A stretch of DNA of 17,780 nucleotides from Candidatus Velthaea sp. (lineage in GTDB: Bacteria > Vulcanimicrobiota > Vulcanimicrobiia > Vulcanimicrobiales > Vulcanimicrobiaceae): assembly GCA_965214935.1 (NCBI GenBank), contig CBDCCS010000026.1, positions 1 through 17,780 of the forward strand. Direction: 5' to 3'. Shown here one piece after another: positions 1 through 7,705 of this stretch (positions within the stretch are counted from its first letter, which is position 1; every line of letters begins with the position of its first letter). The notes below the pieces were generated by a model. The model did not search any database and was not told the origin of the DNA. It worked only from the letters and a program-made list of their open reading frames with translations. The position numbers were made by a program, and so were the translations under genes.

Positions 1-1
1 T

Positions 2-1237
2 CGGCTCATCTGGCTTGATATCGTGCGGCTGCTGTGCGCTTTGATGATTCTGGGCATTCACTGGCTGCGCGCATGTTATAAGGTCCATCTATTCGGCGAC
101 CCCGGCGCACCAAATTTGGTTATGGGATATCAAGGGCAATCGCTCGGTTTCAAGATGCTCCCGCACGTACTCATAGCTGGAACCGGCCACTCCCTATCGG
201 TCTGGCTCACCAATCTCATCGGAATTCTCGGCGGCTTCGGCTGGGAGGGCGTCAGCGCGCTCATAATCGTTAGCGGATTTTCACTTACCGTTGCCGTCGG
301 TGAAAAAAGCCTGGCGGCGCGTGGCTGGCTCGGCTGGTTCAAACGACGTGCGCTGCGGATTCTTATTCCATTCTATTTCGTCGCGATTCCATTCCTCGGC
401 GCGTATTTTGCGGCGCTCACATTGCTGCGACACGCTCATGGAGCGCTTGCACGCAATCTCTTGGCCGAAATACACGGCCAATTGCAAACGCCGCTGCTCG
501 GTGTCGTGCTCAGCCATACGCTGCTGTTCAATCCGTTCGCGCGTCAATGGCAACCAAGCTTCTTTGCTCCTGCCTGGTGGTTCATACCCGCGATCCTGCT
601 AGCGTACGCAGTCTATCCGGGTATGCTCGCGGCGGTGCGGCGCTTTCACTGGATGCCGACGCTCGCGGTAAGCGCACTGCTTTCGGTCTGCGCATATCGG
701 CTTGCCGATATGAACGTCTTCATGAATGAATCATGGTATTATATCGTTCTGCAAGAATCGTTTAATTTTACGCTGGGAATTGTAATCGGACATGCTTGGC
801 TGCAGGGTCAATTGCGCGCGCGTATCGAGACTATTTTGTTTCGAAAGTCAACATTCTTGCTCGCTTGCGCGTTTTTCGTTGTGGGAAACGTCGCAAATTG
901 GTCGCCGGCAACGCGCCCGATTGCCAGTATTTTATTCGGTCCGGGCTTAGTGCTCATTCTCATCGCGATCGCAAAGATGCTCGAACGCACTCCAGTCGCG
1001 GTTGCAGCGCGCTCGACCGATGCCTATGCTTTATATCTCGTCCACCAGCCATTTGCTTTTCCGATCGCCCTAGCCGCCCGGACAGCGCTCCATTCTTATG
1101 GAGTATTTTTTGGATGGCCGGCTTTTGTTGCCATTGCATGGTTGGTCACGCGCCTACTTGGGGCCGTGCAAGATTTCGTCAATCGTCGCACTGCCTCGGC
1201 GGCCGCCAAGCCACAACCTGCCGTTGCTATTCGGTAG
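2..1237 (+). CDS. Acyltransferase family 3 (OafA/YrhL-like) membrane O-acyltransferase, 5'-partial
   Basis: The frame is open from position 2 (RLIWLDIVRLLCALMILGIHW), matching the AT3 N-terminal LD.LR...H motif, so the true start lies left of the window. Other motifs: SGF.L, RRALRI, WWFIP, YALYLVHQP. About 10 hydrophobic segments and no C-terminal SGNH domain. TAG stop at 1235-1237. Confidence 0.85.
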   Translation, partial: RLIWLDIVRLLCALMILGIHWLRACYKVHLFGDPGAPNLVMGYQGQSLGFKMLPHVLIAGTGHSLSVWLTNLIGILGGFGWEGVSALIIVSGFSLTVAVGEKSLAARGWLGWFKRRALRILIPFYFVAIPFLGAYFAALTLLRHAHGALARNLLAEIHGQLQTPLLGVVLSHTLLFNPFARQWQPSFFAPAWWFIPAILLAYAVYPGMLAAVRRFHWMPTLAVSALLSVCAYRLADMNVFMNESWYYIVLQESFNFTLGIVIGHAWLQGQLRARIETILFRKSTFLLACAFFVVGNVANWSPATRPIASILFGPGLVLILIAIAKMLERTPVAVAARSTDAYALYLVHQPFAFPIALAARTALHSYGVFFGWPAFVAIAWLVTRLLGAVQDFVNRRTASAAAKPQPAVAIR

Positions 1238-1241
1238 ATCG

Positions 1242-2627
1242 TTAAACCGGGACGGGACGCCGGCGGCCGCCTCGAGCTTCGCGCGGCTCACGAGGCTGCG
1301 GTACACCGTCGTCGCCGGCATCACTTACTTCATATCGCAGCATTAGGCCAATGGCGATCCAGAAAAATAGCCCCGGCAAAGCGGAGTGAAAATCCGAGGA
1401 GAGATCGAGCCCGATCAGTGCGGCTTGGAAGCTTAGAGCCGCAACCGAAATCTGAATTAAGCCAGTATCTTTTAAACGTAGACCCAGAACGTAGGCCCGC
1501 AGGCCGAAGACGACACTGAAAAAGACGGTGCATAGGTAACCGGCACAGCCGGGAAACCCCATCTCGAGAAAGCGCGACAAATAGCCGTTATCCAAAACAA
1601 GCGAACTTGCTTTTCCGCTATCATCGCCTCCTCCATTGAGCCACACGGCGGTTCCGACGGTCCCCAATCCCTGTCCGAGTGGCTCGGCTAAGCCTTGGTG
1701 CAGGGCATAATTTGTTTCGTCGGCACGCGCGTTTACCGAAGCATCCTGGTCGACGTCACCGAGCGTATTGAAACGCTGCTGCAGTTGCGTTGAAACATCG
1801 GCATTGCCAAACAGCGTCGACGCATTGAATACGAGGAGCAGCGAAACAACGCCAAGCGTGCCGAGCGCGGTGGCCAGCTTTCCACGCTTCGGGCTCAATG
1901 CGGTATAGATGACGATCCCGATCACGAGTGCGAGCCATGATGACCGGACGTTGGTTAACACTAAGACGGCGATATTGAGGATTGTGATGAGCAGTGGAAT
2001 TGGCCGGCGCAAATCCAAACGATGAAGGTTAAAGAGTGTTACCGCGACGATGAACAGCGAAAGCGTGCCGTGCGAATTGAGCATGCTAAAAGGATGCAAG
2101 CCAAATGGCTCAGGAATGCCGAGGCTCACTTGGTGCAAATCATTCACGTAGGCCACGTCCCATGGCGGCGGGGCCACGAACTGATACACGGCGTACACGC
2201 TCTCGATCGATGAGAACCAGAGCAACGCAACGCCGAGTTGGTCGAATGCTTGTACGCGTGAAGCCGGCCGCACCAGCATCCACGCGCCAATCAGCATCGG
2301 CACACAGAACTGAGCAAAATCATAGAACGCTCCGGCGCCACCGCGTGAGGCCAGCGCAACGACGAGCGCATAGACGAAACCGAACAGCCACATGTACACC
2401 AGTGTCTTGAACGGCAGCCGGAGACGCGGCGACGATGCATTGCGGTAGACAATAACCGCCAACGGCAGGAGCGATAGCATCGGCAACACGCTCAAGAATG
2501 ATAGCGGATTTCGACCAAACTGCCAGTCGATGATGCGACGCAAACCTGGAGCGAAACACCACAACCCGAGAACGAACGGAAGATACCATCGATCGAACGA
2601 CGCTTGCAGCCGCCGAAACACGTTCAT
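1242..2627 (-). CDS. O-antigen ligase / Wzy_C family membrane protein, probable polysaccharide polymerase
   Basis: Multi-TM protein with VRSSW, S..AR, PLGQGLG and DNGYL...EMG motifs of the Wzy_C/WaaL-like fold. Start placed at ATG 2627 because it forms an ATGA overlap with the upstream stop (2624-2626) and AAGGAGA lies at 2647-2641. Confidence 0.8.
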   Translation of the reverse strand: MNVFRRLQASFDRWYLPFVLGLWCFAPGLRRIIDWQFGRNPLSFLSVLPMLSLLPLAVIVYRNASSPRLRLPFKTLVYMWLFGFVYALVVALASRGGAGAFYDFAQFCVPMLIGAWMLVRPASRVQAFDQLGVALLWFSSIESVYAVYQFVAPPPWDVAYVNDLHQVSLGIPEPFGLHPFSMLNSHGTLSLFIVAVTLFNLHRLDLRRPIPLLITILNIAVLVLTNVRSSWLALVIGIVIYTALSPKRGKLATALGTLGVVSLLLVFNASTLFGNADVSTQLQQRFNTLGDVDQDASVNARADETNYALHQGLAEPLGQGLGTVGTAVWLNGGGDDSGKASSLVLDNGYLSRFLEMGFPGCAGYLCTVFFSVVFGLRAYVLGLRLKDTGLIQISVAALSFQAALIGLDLSSDFHSALPGLFFWIAIGLMLRYEVSDAGDDGVPQPREPREARGGRRRPVPV

Positions 2628-3553
2628 ACGAAGACGCGGCTCTCCTTGAAGAACCAATCATACGTGCGTCGCAGACCGGCTTCAAGCGTCGTGCGAGGCG
2701 ACACGCCCATGCGCCGCGACAACGTGAGATCCGGTTCACGTTTTGCGCCAGCGTCGCGTTCCTCGACGAACTGCGTTCGGAAGTCGATCGACACAACCAT
2801 CGCGAGCGTACGTGCAATTTCAATTGTACTGCACTTCTCGTCGCTGCCGATATCGAACGGTTCGGACGAGCCTTCGGTCTGGCCGGCAATCGTCAGCAAG
2901 GCGCGGACCGCGTCCTCAACATATACCGGCGACCGCATCGCAAGCCCGTCGCCGGGAATCGGTAGCGGACGACCGTCCTGCACGGCATCCATCATTGCAG
3001 GAATAAGCGAGCCGTCAACATCTTGCATGCGCGGACCGTAGCAATCGAAAAAGCGCACGATGCGTGCATCAGGTCCATGAGCGCTAAGCGCCGCCGATAC
3101 GGCAGCTTCACCGAAGCGCGCGAAGTTGCTCAGCGTGACTGCGCGGTCGAACACATCTGCGGCCGACGCGTGAATGAATCGAGCATGCCGTTCGCGCGCA
3201 AGATCAACGAGCGACGCCGTTGCGAGTGCGTCGACTGCCCGCATCTCGCGCAAGCTGTTCGAATCGGCATCGATAAGTGCCGGCGAAGCGAAGTGATATA
3301 CCGCCGCGATTCGGTCAGGCGCTTTGGCTTGCTCGAGAATGGTTCGCAAGACGCTGGCTTCGACGGCAACGTCCGCATACACGAAGGTCACTCTTCCGGA
3401 CGCAATCGCAGCGGCAATGTTCGCCAACCGGCCGGTCAGAAGGCTATCGAAAACGATCACCTCTTGACCCCGTTTTACCAGCGCATCAACCAGATGACTG
3501 CCGACGAAACCGGCTCCGCCGGTAACGATGCTACATGTCGAGTTTAGACGCAC
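2624..3553 (-). CDS. NAD-dependent epimerase/dehydratase (extended SDR), UDP-glucuronate decarboxylase-like, catalytic residues degenerate
   Basis: TGGAGFVGSHL Rossmann motif, YHFASPA, IVRFFDCYGPRM, GDG...RS..YV.D and REPD match the UXS family. The STSEVYG and YxxxK motifs are missing. Probable GTG start at 3553, 10 nt after the upstream stop. Confidence 0.8.
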   Translation of the reverse strand: MRLNSTCSIVTGGAGFVGSHLVDALVKRGQEVIVFDSLLTGRLANIAAAIASGRVTFVYADVAVEASVLRTILEQAKAPDRIAAVYHFASPALIDADSNSLREMRAVDALATASLVDLARERHARFIHASAADVFDRAVTLSNFARFGEAAVSAALSAHGPDARIVRFFDCYGPRMQDVDGSLIPAMMDAVQDGRPLPIPGDGLAMRSPVYVEDAVRALLTIAGQTEGSSEPFDIGSDEKCSTIEIARTLAMVVSIDFRTQFVEERDAGAKREPDLTLSRRMGVSPRTTLEAGLRRTYDWFFKESRVFV

Positions 3554-3563
3554 CGTACTGGTC

Positions 3564-4286
3564 TCAGGAATTGACCGTCGATCGCGTTGGTGCTTCGGTT
3601 GCACCGGCTTCGCGCGAAACCTCAGGATCGATCGTGTGGCGGCTCGTGACGTGCCGAATTGGTAGCAGTGAATTCTTACCGGTCGTGGTCCACCGCTCGC
3701 GAAAGCTGTTGATCAAAGTCGATGTAACCGTCAATGCGCCGATCACACTCGCATCGACCCGCGAAAGCGTTTTCATTGTTTCATCGTCTGCCGCCGTCCC
3801 GAGCCGTCCCAGCCGGACGGTCAGCATCGTCCCATCCGCAATCGTAGAAAACAACACCGCTAAGTTACTGCGCACGAGGGGCGCCGTATCGACGATAATA
3901 TAGTCAAAACTCGACCGGAAATGCGCGACCGCCGCCTTGACGCGCTCCATCGACAATCCGGCCTCGAAACGTTCATCGGCGAAGGAAATGCCCTTAAACC
4001 GCTGGCCGGGAATGCCAATCACGTACGTGCTGAGTTGCGCAGTCTTAAACGACGAAGGCATCAGCTGCCCGCGCACAAAGGACAACAGTGGTGCCTCGAC
4101 ATTCGCGTCAATAAAAAGGACGCGATGATCGGCTTCCGCGAGCGATTGTGCAAGGCCGAACGCGGTCGCTGATTTACCGTCGCCTCGTGATCCCGAAGTG
4201 ATGACGATCATCGTCGGTTCGCTGAAGGTGGCCTCGATGCGAGCGCGGAGCTGGCCGAATTGCTGCGCTTCCCGGGTAGATTCCAT
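3564..4286 (-). CDS. CpsD/CapB-family BY-kinase-like P-loop ATPase (cytoplasmic half of a split Wzc)
   Basis: Walker A ITSGSRGDGKS, Walker A' VLFIDAN, Walker B YIIVDTAP. ATG at 4286 is preceded by AAGGAAAG. Lies directly downstream of the PCP gene. Confidence 0.82.
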   Translation of the reverse strand: MESTREAQQFGQLRARIEATFSEPTMIVITSGSRGDGKSATAFGLAQSLAEADHRVLFIDANVEAPLLSFVRGQLMPSSFKTAQLSTYVIGIPGQRFKGISFADERFEAGLSMERVKAAVAHFRSSFDYIIVDTAPLVRSNLAVLFSTIADGTMLTVRLGRLGTAADDETMKTLSRVDASVIGALTVTSTLINSFRERWTTTGKNSLLPIRHVTSRHTIDPEVSREAGATEAPTRSTVNS

Positions 4287-4302
4287 GGTTATCTTTCCTT
4301 TG

Positions 4303-5610
4303 CTAACGCGAACCAAGATTGCCGATAACCGGAAGCCCGTAAAGCTTCTCAACGGCATCAGGCGAACGCAAACTGGGATCGAGAACGTCAATCGCAACGG
4401 CAACCGTAATCGTCAGCGCGGTCAAAAGAAATGCCACAATGAGATCAAGAGCGAAGCGCGGAATCCGCGGGGCGGCCGCAACAGCATGATCGATTACGAC
4501 GACGGCCCCGAGCGAAGCGGCTGCGGCCTGACTTGCGCGAGTGTCATTCAATTTGAGTACGGTCGCGGCATAAGCAGCCTGAGCGGCATCACGCTTCGAC
4601 CGCAGCAGACTTACTTGCGCCCCGGTGACCGGTAGATCGCGTAAGTGCTGTTCTTCAACTTGCATCTGCGCGTCAATTGCAGCGACCCGCGCGCGATCGC
4701 CCGCCGCTACGGCCATCGCATTCCGCCTAGCCAAAATCGTCGCGGCATAGGTTGCGCTCGATGACGGCGCGCCTTGCACGGCCGAAAGTTCGGCCGACTT
4801 GACGGCTGACGTTTCCCGTTCTACCTGCTCTTTAAGACTCGGTAGACCCGGGTAAAGATCCGAAAATTGAGCGCGTTGAAATGCCAGTTGTGCTGCGTCT
4901 TTAGATTGTCCGCCGCGTAGCGCTTGTACGTATGGATTGCCGGCTAAAACTTCTTGCTTGACAATCCCGGCCGTCTCTTGCGGTTGAGCCGACTGAGCAG
5001 CGGCAATTGCTTGATCGCTTACCAGCGTCGCGTATGCGGTCCCGCGTTCAGTCTGTAACGCTCCGATGCGGGCGGTGATGTTTTCAAGCGCCTTATCGGA
5101 GCCGACGAAGGTGTCACGTTGCGCCGCGCGCTGCAACCGAGCGTCAATCGACTGCATCTCATCAGAATCAGCTTGTAAGGCATGCTCGAGAAATCCAACC
5201 ATCAAGTCGTATTGACCACCGGATAGTCGTTTATAATAATTGGACGTTTCGTCAGCTAGCGCATTGGTGACATCACGCGCCAGCTTGGCATCTTTATCAC
5301 GATACGAAATCGGCATAACGTTCGAGTGAAGGCCAGGTTTTGCATCGATATGAGAGCGCAAACCGTCAATCCCGCCGAGATTAAATCGACCGGCAACCCG
5401 CTCGACGACGGTTTGACTTAGCGTTAGCGTTCCCATATCGGTACTCGGTATCATCGAATCCTTACCGACCATCATCACGTGTGCAACGGCAACGTATGTC
5501 GGCTTTAGCAGGCGCAAGATGAACGGTAACGCGACGAGCGCAATGACGAACGTAACGAGTAAGACCGTCCGTCGCCGCTGCAGCATTGCAACGAACCAAT
5601 TACGATTCAA
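4303..5610 (-). CDS. GumC/Wzz-like polysaccharide co-polymerase (PCP; membrane half of a split Wzc)
   Basis: N-terminal TM followed by PTYVAVA, a long Ala/Gln-rich coiled-coil region, a C-terminal TM, and the tail DPSLRSPDAVEKLYGLPVIG typical of kinase-activating PCP tails. TTG start with GGAGAG 5 nt upstream. Confidence 0.82.
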   Translation of the reverse strand: MNRNWFVAMLQRRRTVLLVTFVIALVALPFILRLLKPTYVAVAHVMMVGKDSMIPSTDMGTLTLSQTVVERVAGRFNLGGIDGLRSHIDAKPGLHSNVMPISYRDKDAKLARDVTNALADETSNYYKRLSGGQYDLMVGFLEHALQADSDEMQSIDARLQRAAQRDTFVGSDKALENITARIGALQTERGTAYATLVSDQAIAAAQSAQPQETAGIVKQEVLAGNPYVQALRGGQSKDAAQLAFQRAQFSDLYPGLPSLKEQVERETSAVKSAELSAVQGAPSSSATYAATILARRNAMAVAAGDRARVAAIDAQMQVEEQHLRDLPVTGAQVSLLRSKRDAAQAAYAATVLKLNDTRASQAAAASLGAVVVIDHAVAAAPRIPRFALDLIVAFLLTALTITVAVAIDVLDPSLRSPDAVEKLYGLPVIGNLGSR

Positions 5611-5679
5611 CAGATCTCTCCGTAGAAGAGCGAGACGGCGGAAGACGCCGGTTTGTGCCGACCCGTTCGCACATGACGA

Positions 5680-6369
5680 TCAATATGCGCCTTCAGTCGA
5701 AATAAGCGTGCGCACCGTGCGTAGCAGAACGCGAGCATCAGTACCAACCGATGCTTCCCGAATGTAGTCCAAGTCCAACAACGTGGCTTTCGGTAAATGT
5801 AAGGGCACGGTGGAACGGCACGTTGTCTGCCAGAAGCCGGTTACGCCGGGTGTTACCAAGTGCCGGAGATGCTGCCAACTCTCATAATTGCGCACAATAA
5901 AGGGCATTTCCGGTCGAGGTCCGACCAGCGCCATATCGCCCAAAAGCACATTAATCAACTGAGGAATTTCGTCGATCGAGAGCCGCCGCAGCCAGTAGCC
6001 GGAGCGCGTGATTCGCGGATCGCGACCCGTCGTCGGTGAGAGGCCGTCGACGCATTTCTCTTTCCTCATCGTACGCAGTTTGTAAATGGTGAAGAGTTTA
6101 CCAAACCGGCCGACCCGCCGTTGCCGAAAGAAGATCGGTCGTCCATCTTCAACAAGGATTGCGATCGCCGCGGCGAGCAGGATCGGCATCGCCGCAGCAA
6201 TCATAAGCGAGGCGACCGAAACATCAATTAGTCGACGCAACCGCAGATACTCAACGTTCTCGCGAAAGACAATAATGTCGGGGCCTTCAGCTGTAGCGTC
6301 TCCCTCGAACTGAGCCATCGACGCGGCCGGCGAAGCCGCATGCGGCGCACCATGCGTTTCATCGATCAT
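5680..6369 (-). CDS. Small monotopic phosphoglycosyl transferase (bacterial sugar transferase, priming glycosyltransferase)
   Basis: RRLID, PIFFRQRRVG..GK.F..YKLRTM, DPRITR.G..LR, SIDEIPQL (Asp-Glu dyad), GDMALVGPRPE, PGVTGFWQ and C-terminal GAY. Start is ATG 6369 or GTG 6375 (GTGA overlap with the exporter stop). Confidence 0.92.
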   Translation of the reverse strand: MIDETHGAPHAASPAASMAQFEGDATAEGPDIIVFRENVEYLRLRRLIDVSVASLMIAAAMPILLAAAIAILVEDGRPIFFRQRRVGRFGKLFTIYKLRTMRKEKCVDGLSPTTGRDPRITRSGYWLRRLSIDEIPQLINVLLGDMALVGPRPEMPFIVRNYESWQHLRHLVTPGVTGFWQTTCRSTVPLHLPKATLLDLDYIREASVGTDARVLLRTVRTLISTEGAY

Positions 6370-6371
6370 CT

Positions 6372-7511
6372 TCACGGCGTTACCCGTTGCGGCACGAACC
6401 GCGTCGACGCATTCACGCCGACGCCTAACGCGGCGAAAACCGGCGTCCAATCGATCTTGTGACCTTCGGGGACAAAAACCGTATCACCATCAGCCAACGG
6501 CGGATTCTGCGAAACATCACCATGCGTCAAAGCCGTAACATCGTATTGGGTATGCCGTCCGTTATGCATGACTTGCACCTTTTTGAGATCGGCCCACTTT
6601 TGAATGCCGTCCGCGCCGTATAGCGCGCTTAACAACGTCGTATCGTTTCGAAGGGCCACGTCGCCGGGCTTGACGACCATCCCCACAACAGTGATGACCG
6701 GCGCACGCGGAACGACGACAATATCGCCCGGCGCGGCCGGTTCAGAGAACTCCGCACTCCCAAATGCGACGGTGTGCTTGACCCCGCCGCGCACGATCGA
6801 GATGCCGTTCGTGGCCGATGTCGGTAGTTCGCCGCCGGCTTGCGCGATTGCCGTCGACAACGGGTCGGTCGGATTAATATACGCGACGCCCGGCTCTCTC
6901 ACGTCGCCGCGAACCGTTACCGAAACCGGCTTATCATGAAGCTGGATCGTATCGCCCGGTTGCAAGACGGTCCCACCGCCAAAACCCGAGCCCTCCGAGG
7001 TCGCGTTAAACGGGCCGAGCACGGCGCCGTCGCGAGAAACCGTGACGCGTTGTAGATCGATTCGGCCGCCGTCGAAGTCACCGGCGGTCTGTTGCCCGGG
7101 CTGCGCCGCGACCACAGCGGTATTTTGGGCACGAAGTTGCGCCAGTGCACTGGACAGATTCTCACCGGGACTATATGCAAGAACGCCGCCTGGACCACCG
7201 GCAACAAAGACCGACTGCGCTTGCGATACCAGTTGCACGTCGACGGCAACTCTACGAACGTACGGCTTGAGCCGATACTGTACGCGCGCAGCAATCTGTG
7301 AGGGATCTAGATTGGTAGTATCAACGCCACCGGCAAGCGGCAGCGAGATTTTTCCCGAACCGTCGACGGTTGTCTGCCCAGACAACTCCGGATGATTGTA
7401 GACAACGACCGATACCCGATCGCCGGGATGCACTTTGGCAAGCGCCGGCAGTGCGGCGCCTGCGAACAAGACGGCGGCTGCGATTAAAGTTCGACCCGGT
7501 AATCTGCGCAA
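6372..7511 (-). CDS. wza: Polysaccharide export (OPX/Wza-family) protein with a Poly_export domain and SLBB repeats
   Basis: PGDRVSVVVYNHPELS...VDGSGKISLPLAG export motif; repeated SLBB units (V.V.G.V..PG, L..GD.V.VP); amphipathic C-terminal segment. Probable TTG start at 7511 after AGAAAGAG, giving a signal peptide ending ALA. Confidence 0.85.
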   Translation of the reverse strand: MRRLPGRTLIAAAVLFAGAALPALAKVHPGDRVSVVVYNHPELSGQTTVDGSGKISLPLAGGVDTTNLDPSQIAARVQYRLKPYVRRVAVDVQLVSQAQSVFVAGGPGGVLAYSPGENLSSALAQLRAQNTAVVAAQPGQQTAGDFDGGRIDLQRVTVSRDGAVLGPFNATSEGSGFGGGTVLQPGDTIQLHDKPVSVTVRGDVREPGVAYINPTDPLSTAIAQAGGELPTSATNGISIVRGGVKHTVAFGSAEFSEPAAPGDIVVVPRAPVITVVGMVVKPGDVALRNDTTLLSALYGADGIQKWADLKKVQVMHNGRHTQYDVTALTHGDVSQNPPLADGDTVFVPEGHKIDWTPVFAALGVGVNASTRFVPQRVTP

Positions 7512-7656
7512 AACGTAGCTCTTTCTATCGAGTTTGGCTGCAGCATTGAAAACGATGTCCTGGCCGCGACCAACCCACACTGCAACGCATTAATGCTCCG
7601 TTAATCGCAGCGTCGCGAGCATGAACGACCGATAACCAAGCTTAGAACCCGAAGAC

Positions 7657-7680
7657 ATGGTACTATGGTATCATAATCAT
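7657..7680. promoter_or_regulatory. Candidate bidirectional sigma70-type promoter (overlapping extended -10 elements)
   Basis: Plus strand: TGgTACTAT (7658-7666) and TGgTATCAT (7666-7674). Minus strand: TGaTACCAT (7673-7665) and TATGAT (7675-7670). AT-rich patch in a GC-rich context between divergent genes; no good -35 seen. Confidence 0.45.
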
Positions 7681-7705
7681 CTAACCGAAGGTACGGACAC
7701 ATGAC

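Noticed and set aside
1193..1271. CGGCGGCCGCC repeated at 1197 and 1261, also at 9915 and 15427
   Set aside because: Three of the four copies are inside genes and reflect Ala/Gly/Arg codon runs in GC-rich DNA; no evidence for a repeat family.
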